A stretch of 32,000 nt of DNA from an uncultured Muribaculaceae bacterium (GTDB taxonomy: Bacteria; Bacteroidota; Bacteroidia; Bacteroidales; UBA932), in NCBI GenBank assembly GCA_964621625.1, contig CAZULV010000001.1, positions 151,411-183,410 of the forward strand, written 5' to 3'. The notes under the pieces are model-generated. The model did no database searches and was not told the DNA's origin. It saw nothing but the letters and a program-made list of their open reading frames with translations. The translations under genes and the position numbers were made by a program. This document shows positions 25,282-32,000 of this stretch, in pieces (position 1 is the first letter of the stretch; the number at the start of each line of letters is the position of its first letter).

Positions 25282-26037
25282 TTATCTGTTTAATACTTTG
25301 AGCAGTATATCTTCCATTATACGGTAGCCATCGATATTTGGGTGTACACCGTCTTTGGAGTATTTCTCCGGCAGACCGTTTTCATTGCCAGGAGTCTTGT
25401 CTGCAAGGGCAGAAAAGAAATCTACATAGGTTATTCTATTAGCTTTGGCGTACTCCTTTATCATTTTGTTTAGTTGCGGGATAAGTTCGTTTGGTTTTAC
25501 ATCTTTTTTCCATGAATAGCGGTATGCCGGTAACACAGAACAAAGTATAGGTCTTATATTGTTGGCCTTGGCAATGTCGCACATGCTCTTTATATTATCC
25601 ATAATCATTTCTAACGAAGAGTAGCCGGTATTTCCTGCTATATCGTTTGTTCCGGCAAGTATCACAACAGTTTTAGCCCCTATATTCACAACATCCTGAC
25701 GGAATCTTATAAGCATTTGCGGTGTTGTCTGTCCGCTTATTCCGCGTCCTTCAAATCCGTTCTCCGTAAAAAAATCCGGATGGAACTTAAACCAGTTGTC
25801 GGTAATGGAGTTGCCCATGAATACAACCCTGTTTTTTAAAGTCTGTTTTGCTTTGCGCCCCTCTGGAGTCTTCTCTTTGGCTGTCTCATCTTTTTTTAGA
25901 AGCTCCTCATTTTGCGCCCTGTATCTGTTAAGATTTGCCCAATCATTGGGATTTGGTTTTTGTGCGTATAAAATATTTGAAGAGAAAGTATAGCAGAAAA
26001 CGGCTGCCAATGCAAGTGTAAGATTTCTTAATTTCAT
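25282..26037 (-). CDS. Secreted SGNH/GDSL-family hydrolase (esterase/acylhydrolase)
   Basis: 251-aa ORF with a signal peptide (..SSNILYAQK). All four SGNH blocks are present: I 'VVFMGNSITDNW', II 'GISGQTT', III 'ILAGTNDI', V 'DGVHPN'. It lies 49 nt downstream of uvrA on the same strand. Confidence 0.85.
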   Translation of the reverse strand: MKLRNLTLALAAVFCYTFSSNILYAQKPNPNDWANLNRYRAQNEELLKKDETAKEKTPEGRKAKQTLKNRVVFMGNSITDNWFKFHPDFFTENGFEGRGISGQTTPQMLIRFRQDVVNIGAKTVVILAGTNDIAGNTGYSSLEMIMDNIKSMCDIAKANNIRPILCSVLPAYRYSWKKDVKPNELIPQLNKMIKEYAKANRITYVDFFSALADKTPGNENGLPEKYSKDGVHPNIDGYRIMEDILLKVLNR

Positions 26038-26086
26038 GTTATTGTCTGTTTTATTCTAATCTATTTAGGTATTAATTTTAATTACC

Positions 26087-29005
26087 TTATTTTACCTCAT
26101 TTGGGGAGTGCAGGAACTCTCTCCATCTGTCGTCTTCTGCAAGTTGCTGCGGAGTGCCGGTAAATACAATTTCTCCGCCTTGCTCTCCGCCGTCGGGTCC
26201 CAAATCAATAACCCAGTCTGCACTCTTTATAACGTCGGTATTATGCTCTACAACAACTATTGTATGCCCTTTTTCTATGAGAGTATCAAAGGCTTTAAGC
26301 AATTTGCCTATATCGTGAAAATGCAATCCTGTTGTAGGTTCGTCAAATATGAAAAGTATATTCTTGTCTAAATCCTTGCTGAGAAAGTAGGCGAGTTTTA
26401 TTCTCTGGCTCTCTCCACCGCTCAGCGAACTGCTGCTCTGGCCTAATTGTATGTAGCCTAATCCCACATCGTCTAATATTTTGAGCTTGTTGGCAATGCG
26501 TTTGGCTATAGGCTCTTTTTGCGACGAGAAAAATTCTATAGCCTGCTCTACGCTCATGTTAAGCACGTCGTTAATATTCTTGTTCTGATATTTTACCTCA
26601 AGAATATCGGGCTTGAACCGTTTTCCGCCGCACTCCTCGCATACTATTTTAACATCGGCCATAAACTGCATGGGAATTGTTATAAACCCGTCTCCAAGAC
26701 ATTGCGGACAACGTCCTCCGTCTATATTAAACGAAAAATGCGAATGTCCGTATCCGTTTATCTTTGCATATTGCTGGTCTGAGAACAGTTTGCGTATATC
26801 GTCATATATTTTAAGATATGTAACAGGATTTGAACGCGATGATTTGCCTATAGGGTTCTGGTCTATATACTCAACGGAGTCTATCTTCTCTATATTTCCG
26901 CACAACTCCTTAAAAGCCCCCGTCTTTTCTGTAAACATATTAAAATGACGGTTAAGAGCAGGGTAGAGGGTGTCGCCAACCAGAGACGATTTTCCCGAGC
27001 CGCTAACTCCTGTAACAACCGTAAGTATTCCCAACGGAAATTCTGCATCTATAGATTTTAGATTGTTCTCCATGCAGCCGTTAAGTTTTATGCTGTGTTT
27101 CCATTTTCTCGGTTGTTTTTTTGCCGGCATGGATTTTAATCCGCTCAGGTAATCAAGCGTAAGTGAACCTGTTATTGTATTGTTGCTCCGGGTAAAATCG
27201 TTGGAAGAATTATGCTTTTCTGTAATGAGTCTGCATTTTTTGAGTCCCTCCTCTATAGTACCGGCATATACGACCTCTCCTCCATACACTCCTGCATAAG
27301 GGCCTATATCTATAAGATAGTCGGCAGAAGATATTATCTCGGAGTCGTGTTCCACTATAATTACCGTATTGCCTAACTCTTTGAGCTTCTGTATAACAGA
27401 AATGAGCCTCTTGGTGTCGCGCGGATGCAGTCCTATACTCGGTTCGTCGAGTATATACAGTGAGCCTACAAGGCTGCTGCCCAATGAACTTACCAAATTA
27501 ATCCTCTGACTCTCTCCGCCGCTCAATGTGTTTGAATGCCTGTTTAGTGTAAGATAACCCAATCCAACCGCCTCTATATAGTTGAGTCTGCTGTGTATCT
27601 CTTTTATAGCCCGTTGTGCAATCTCCTGTTCATGTTTCTGGAGTTGCAAATCTGTAAAAAAACGATTGAGACCGGTAATGCTCATATTCATAAGTTCGGT
27701 AATTGTCTTGCCGCCTATTTTTACATATTCGGTCTCTTTGCGCAAACGGCTGCCATGGCATGCCCTGCATTGTGTTTTTCCGGAATAACGTGAAAGCATG
27801 TATTTATATTGAATCTTATACTTCATGCTCTCAACCATTGCAAAAAATTCATTTATGCCGGTAAAATATTTGTTGCCCTCCCAAAGAATATCTTTTTCCT
27901 TGCGGGTAAGTTGTGCGTATGGCCTGTGTATTGGAAAATCAAACTTGGAGGCATTCAGCACAAGCTCTTTTTGGTATTTGCCCATTATTTCGCCTCTCCA
28001 GCAGGCAATTGCCCCTTCATATATAGAGAGCGACGGATTTGGAATTACCAAACTCTCATCTATTCCCAAAATATTGCCGTATCCTCCGCATACAGGGCAT
28101 GCTCCCAACGGATTATTATAGCTGAACATTAGCTCTGTAGGCTCTTCAAAGGTTATTCCGTCGGCCTCAAATATGTTGGAAAACTCCCTTTCGCAAATCT
28201 GTCCGTCTAAAACAGATATTATCTTAATATGCCCTTTGCCTTCGTTGAATGCACTCTGCAGAGAATCCGATATTCTTGTTATTTCATCCTCTGTGCTCTC
28301 GTTCTGCTCAGGATTATTTTTGTTCTGCTCCGGTTTTATAAACCTGTCTATAAGCAGAAAAACACTCTCTGAGGCATATTTTTCCATATCCTGCAATACG
28401 TTATCTATTCTTATGGCCCTGCCATTGGTATACAGACGATTATAACCGGCATCTTTTAATGAGAGCAGCTTTTCTGTATGCTGTTCTACATTTTCCCATC
28501 CGATAGGGGCAACTATATATATTGCAGGTGTGCCTTGCAGTTCAGTTATGTACCGCACGGCATCATTTACGCTCTCCCGTTTTACCTCGCGTCCGGTAAC
28601 AGGAGAGTATGTGCGTCCTATTTTTGCATAAAGCAATCTTAGATAATCGTAAATCTCGGTATTTGTTCCAACTGTAGAGCGCGGATTGCGTGTGTTTACT
28701 TTCTGCTCAATGGCAATAGCCGGCGGAATGCCTTCTATCTTATCTACCGCCGGTTTTGTCATACGTCCGAGAAACTGACGGGCAAAAGAGGAAAGACTCT
28801 CTGCAAAACGCCTTTGCCCCTCGGCAAACAGTGTGTCAAAGGCAAGAGACGACTTGCCCGAACCGGAAATGCCGGATATCACAACGAGTTTGTCGCGCGG
28901 TATCTTTAACGAAATATTCTTGAGATTATTAACCCGTGCACCCTCTATTACTATATATTCCTGTTCTGCCGTCTTGTTCTTTTTATTCTCTTTACTATCT
29001 GTCAT
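26087..29005 (-). CDS. uvrA: Excinuclease ABC subunit A
   Basis: 972-aa ORF with two Walker A sites ([18 protein letters not shown]) and two ABC signatures (LSGGESQR, twice). It has the zinc-module cysteines ([32 protein letters not shown]) and the opening '[25 protein letters not shown]'. Confidence 0.97.
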   Translation of the reverse strand: MTDSKENKKNKTAEQEYIVIEGARVNNLKNISLKIPRDKLVVISGISGSGKSSLAFDTLFAEGQRRFAESLSSFARQFLGRMTKPAVDKIEGIPPAIAIEQKVNTRNPRSTVGTNTEIYDYLRLLYAKIGRTYSPVTGREVKRESVNDAVRYITELQGTPAIYIVAPIGWENVEQHTEKLLSLKDAGYNRLYTNGRAIRIDNVLQDMEKYASESVFLLIDRFIKPEQNKNNPEQNESTEDEITRISDSLQSAFNEGKGHIKIISVLDGQICEREFSNIFEADGITFEEPTELMFSYNNPLGACPVCGGYGNILGIDESLVIPNPSLSIYEGAIACWRGEIMGKYQKELVLNASKFDFPIHRPYAQLTRKEKDILWEGNKYFTGINEFFAMVESMKYKIQYKYMLSRYSGKTQCRACHGSRLRKETEYVKIGGKTITELMNMSITGLNRFFTDLQLQKHEQEIAQRAIKEIHSRLNYIEAVGLGYLTLNRHSNTLSGGESQRINLVSSLGSSLVGSLYILDEPSIGLHPRDTKRLISVIQKLKELGNTVIIVEHDSEIISSADYLIDIGPYAGVYGGEVVYAGTIEEGLKKCRLITEKHNSSNDFTRSNNTITGSLTLDYLSGLKSMPAKKQPRKWKHSIKLNGCMENNLKSIDAEFPLGILTVVTGVSGSGKSSLVGDTLYPALNRHFNMFTEKTGAFKELCGNIEKIDSVEYIDQNPIGKSSRSNPVTYLKIYDDIRKLFSDQQYAKINGYGHSHFSFNIDGGRCPQCLGDGFITIPMQFMADVKIVCEECGGKRFKPDILEVKYQNKNINDVLNMSVEQAIEFFSSQKEPIAKRIANKLKILDDVGLGYIQLGQSSSSLSGGESQRIKLAYFLSKDLDKNILFIFDEPTTGLHFHDIGKLLKAFDTLIEKGHTIVVVEHNTDVIKSADWVIDLGPDGGEQGGEIVFTGTPQQLAEDDRWREFLHSPNEVK

Positions 29006-31199
29006 TGTTGCCCGAAATTCTTAAAACTGTTTTGACTCCGCGTATCTTTTTTATATCAGATACTACTCTGTCTAAATGTCCGTTGTTGCTCACAGAAATA
29101 CTGAGCATAATATTAAAATCGCCCTCTTTACCGGATGTGCGCTCCTCAATTCTGAAAGCACGTATAGAGGCAGCCTGTTTATTTACGCTGTCTATTACCT
29201 TTGTGCCTACAGATGAATCTCCATTATCTACAATTACTTTAAGACCTGTCTGAAAACGTGTTGTATTTGAAACCTGTCTCCATTTTACCTTTTGAACTCT
29301 ATAAGGGTACATCTCCAATAATCTTTTGGCGTTAGGACACGACATTCTGTGAATCCTTATGCCTCCTGTAGCCGAAACAAACCCAAAAACATCGTCGCCA
29401 AAGATTGGATTACAGCATTTTGCCATCTTAAAACTTATGTTGTCGAGTTTGTCGTTTATAATAAGATAATCGTCGTCGTCGCAATTCCTGTTTATTGATG
29501 AGCTCTTGCTCTCGGCTGTATTTTGTGCTGCGTTTACGCCTTGTGTCTGATTTTCTAAAGCTGTTACGGAGCGCTCTTCATCTTGCTTATTGCGAGAATT
29601 GAGATACTCTTTAATATCTTGTAAATCAATCTTGCCATCGTTTATGCCTATGCAAAAGTCTCCTATGGTCTTTACTTTGTAATGTTTGGTGAGATCTGAG
29701 AGAATGTCGTCGTTGAGCTCCATTTTCCAGTTTTTCATTCTCCGTTCAAGAATCTCTCTTCCAAGGCGGCTCTGTTTGCCCTCTTCCTCTTTGAGTTTGC
29801 TCTTTATCCTGTTACGGGCTTTTGACGAAACAACAATATTTAGCCAGTCTGCCGACGGCTTCTGGTTTTTGTTGCTCATAATCTCAACAACATCACCGGT
29901 GTGCAGCTCTTCTCTTATTGATACCACCTTGCCGTTTACCTTTGCCCCACTGCATTTTACACCAAGATTGGTATGTATGTTAAATGCAAAATCGAGAATA
30001 GTAGCCCCTTTGGGTAACTGTTTGAGGTCTCCGGTTGGAGTGAATACAAAAATCTCATCTAACGAAATGTTCTTTGTAGAGTAAGGGTCCGGATCGCTGC
30101 TTTCAAGCATGCTTTTTACATTCTTGAGCCAACTGTCGAGACCTTGCACGCTTTTAATGCCTTTGTAGCTCCAGTGAGAAGCATGTCCGTTTTCTGCAAT
30201 ATCGTCCATTCTGGTTGTGCGTATCTGCACCTCTATATGTGCCCCCTCCTTATTCTCTACTGTTATGTGCAGAGATTCATATCCGTTAGGTTTGGGATTT
30301 GTAATCCAGTCTCTCAGTCGTTTGTCGTCCTGCTTGTATTCGCGGGTAACTTCGGAGAAAATATCCCAGCAATAAGCATGCTCGCTCTTTTTGTCGGGAG
30401 GTGCATCTACAATAAAACGAATGGCAAACACATCAAATACCTCCTCAAACGGAACACCCTGTTTCTGCATCTTCTTGTATATTGAATATGCCGTTTTTGT
30501 ACGTACTTTCAGTTTGTAGCTATAGCGTTCTTTAAGGGTCTCTTCGAGTGGTTTTATAAACTGTTCAACCAATTTTTTGCGGTCTCTTTCTGTGGCCATC
30601 AGCTTGTTGGTTATTGTACGGTAGTTCTCCGGATCTGCATATTTGAAATAGAGATCTTCGAGTTCGCTTTTTAGGTTATACAATCCAAGCTGATGCGCAA
30701 GTGGAACATAGAGCATAATGGTTTCAGTTATTTTACGCATTATGCTGCTTTTTGGAAAAATATCCAGATTACGCATTATCTCCAGTCTGTCGGCCAACTT
30801 TATAAGGGTAACACGCGGGTCTTTTGAGTAGGAAATAATAAGTTTCCTGTAATTTTCTGCCTGTAGTTTGGTCTCTTTTGGTGTAATTCCCGAAATATTG
30901 TTGAGACCCTCTACCATTGTAATTATTTCTGGCGAATATTGTTTGCATATTTCGGCAAGAATCTCGGGATGTTTGCGTGTTGCCTCATGCAGAAATACTG
31001 CGGCAACGGCATCAGGCATGAGTCCGAGTTCGTTGGCTACAATAGATGCAACGCCAAGGGGATGCTCTATAAACGGATGTCCGTTACCTCTTTTATCCCC
31101 TTCAAGCACTTTTTCCGCTACGCTGTAAGCCTTGCCTACAAGCTCTTTGTCTTGCTGCGGATATTTTTCTATTATAGAGAGCAAAGTGTTGTAAAACAT
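28995..31199 (-). CDS. Long RelA/SpoT homolog ((p)ppGpp synthetase; HD hydrolase motif degenerate)
   Basis: 734-aa ORF. The N-terminal HD-like domain reads '[12 protein letters not shown]...FLHEATRKH'. Synthetase motifs are '[12 protein letters not shown]', 'DVFAIRFIV', '[10 protein letters not shown]' and '[24 protein letters not shown]'. A TGS region ('[24 protein letters not shown]') and a C-terminal ACT-like domain follow. Its stop lies inside the uvrA start region (11-nt overlap). Confidence 0.93.
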   Translation of the reverse strand: MFYNTLLSIIEKYPQQDKELVGKAYSVAEKVLEGDKRGNGHPFIEHPLGVASIVANELGLMPDAVAAVFLHEATRKHPEILAEICKQYSPEIITMVEGLNNISGITPKETKLQAENYRKLIISYSKDPRVTLIKLADRLEIMRNLDIFPKSSIMRKITETIMLYVPLAHQLGLYNLKSELEDLYFKYADPENYRTITNKLMATERDRKKLVEQFIKPLEETLKERYSYKLKVRTKTAYSIYKKMQKQGVPFEEVFDVFAIRFIVDAPPDKKSEHAYCWDIFSEVTREYKQDDKRLRDWITNPKPNGYESLHITVENKEGAHIEVQIRTTRMDDIAENGHASHWSYKGIKSVQGLDSWLKNVKSMLESSDPDPYSTKNISLDEIFVFTPTGDLKQLPKGATILDFAFNIHTNLGVKCSGAKVNGKVVSIREELHTGDVVEIMSNKNQKPSADWLNIVVSSKARNRIKSKLKEEEGKQSRLGREILERRMKNWKMELNDDILSDLTKHYKVKTIGDFCIGINDGKIDLQDIKEYLNSRNKQDEERSVTALENQTQGVNAAQNTAESKSSSINRNCDDDDYLIINDKLDNISFKMAKCCNPIFGDDVFGFVSATGGIRIHRMSCPNAKRLLEMYPYRVQKVKWRQVSNTTRFQTGLKVIVDNGDSSVGTKVIDSVNKQAASIRAFRIEERTSGKEGDFNIMLSISVSNNGHLDRVVSDIKKIRGVKTVLRISGNNDR

Positions 31200-31210
31200 G
31201 CGTTTATATT

Positions 31211-32000
31211 TTATGGCTGTTCGCCGTTTTTCTTTTCTAATTTGCGTTTGAGATTGTTCATCTCGTCACGGAATTTGGCGGCTCTTGCAAAATCAAGTTC
31301 AGAAGCGGCCTTTTCCATATCTTTTTTTGCCCTGTCGATAGCCTTGATAAGCTCTTTCTTATCCATCTTTTCAATAACAGGGTCTTCTAATATCTGTATA
31401 TTTATATCACGCTCAAATTCCTCTGTATATCTTGCTTTTCCCAAAACATTGCGCTCCTGTTTTGCAATTTGCGTAGGGGTTATGTTGTGTGCCTTGTTAT
31501 ATTCCTGCTGCTTATGTCTGCGACGTTCGGTTTCATCTATGGTCTGGCGCATTGAACCGGTAATCGTGTCGGCATACATTATCACAAGGCCGTTTATATT
31601 TCTTGCTGCTCGGCCGGCAGTTTGTGTGAGTGCCGTCTGTGAGCGTAGAAATCCCTCCTTGTCGGCATCGAGAATGGCAACCAATGATACTTGCGGCAAA
31701 TCAAGCCCCTCTCTTAAGAGGTTTACTCCAATAAGAACGTCAAAACGTCCGGCCTGAAAATCCTCTATTATCTCTATTCTCTCAAGAGTATCAACATCGG
31801 AGTGGATATAGCGGCAGCGTACCCCCATTTTTTGCATATATTTGTCTAACTCCTCTGCCATACGTTTTGTGAGGGTGGTAACAAGTACCCGCTCGTCTTT
31901 TTCTGTACGAACGGTTATCTCTTCCAATAAATCGTCTATCTGGTTTTTGGTAGGTCTAATCTCGATAGGAGGGTCGAGCAGGCCTGTAGGGCGTACAACC
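31211..32000 (-). CDS. uvrB: Excinuclease ABC subunit B (C-terminal part; the 5' end is beyond the window)
   Basis: The reading frame is open to the window edge. My hand translation of 31928-31999 gives '[25 protein letters not shown]', continuing into '[26 protein letters not shown]..YL', helicase motifs '[26 protein letters not shown]' and 'QT.GRAAR', and the C-terminal UVR domain '[17 protein letters not shown]'. The ORF-track 'M' at 31927 is an internal TTG (Leu). Confidence 0.95.
   Translation of the reverse strand, partial: [262 protein letters not shown]

Noticed and set aside
30939-31757. 272-aa plus-strand ORF spanning the rsh/uvrB junction
   Set aside because: It is antisense to two well-supported genes. 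The translation is low-complexity (S/F/L/C-rich) and has no signal-like or domain-like features. I read it as a shadow ORF.
1-32000. CRISPR arrays, rRNA, transposases or integrases, phage genes, toxin-antitoxin or known defence modules
   Set aside because: I scanned all intergenic gaps (the largest are 295, 220, 174 and 168 nt) and all ORFs of 60 aa or more. I found no spaced direct-repeat array, no such protein motifs, and no obvious compositional break by eye. I did not compute GC skew or k-mer statistics.

Overview
This window looks like a gene-dense, core-chromosome segment of a Bacteroidota (Bacteroidales-like) genome. By my tally of the gaps it is about 94% coding. The phylum call rests on three things read from the sequence: TAnnTTTG '-7' promoter boxes in front of most transcription units, many Cys-lipobox lipoproteins, and bmeABC-style efflux operons.

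I call 24 CDS (one cut by the window edge), one tRNA-Asp(GTC), four Rho-independent terminators and several -7 boxes. In order:
- RND efflux operon 1, adaptor-pump-TolC (3-5627)
- tRNA-Asp
- a DUF3822-like gene plus rsmD
- a monocistronic membrane-anchored unknown
- nrnA plus two FKBP-type lipoproteins
- a 4-hydroxybutyrate/butyrate-type CoA-transferase
- a divergent DUF62 (SAM hydroxide adenosyltransferase-like) gene
- mazG-tcdA
- a double-GNAT-like unknown
- a long PsiD-like phosphatidylserine-decarboxylase-family lipoprotein
- an orphan BioG/DUF452-like gene
- prfA
- RND efflux operon 2 (19716-25266)
- a minus-strand string uvrB - RelA/SpoT homolog - uvrA - SGNH hydrolase

I found no transposase or integrase, no CRISPR array, no rRNA, and no recognisable defence or toxin-antitoxin module.

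I do not see a clear-cut novel multi-gene system. The best leads are:
1. The 14.8-18.3 kb trio of uncharacterised enzyme-like genes: a GNAT-like protein, an exported PsiD-like pyruvoyl decarboxylase, and a BioG-like protein that lacks the Ser nucleophile.
2. The tightly packed uvrB-rsh-uvrA arrangement, in which the RSH hydrolase motif is degenerate.
3. A DUF62 protein whose canonical catalytic motifs are replaced.

All family assignments come from motif recognition by eye. No database search was run.
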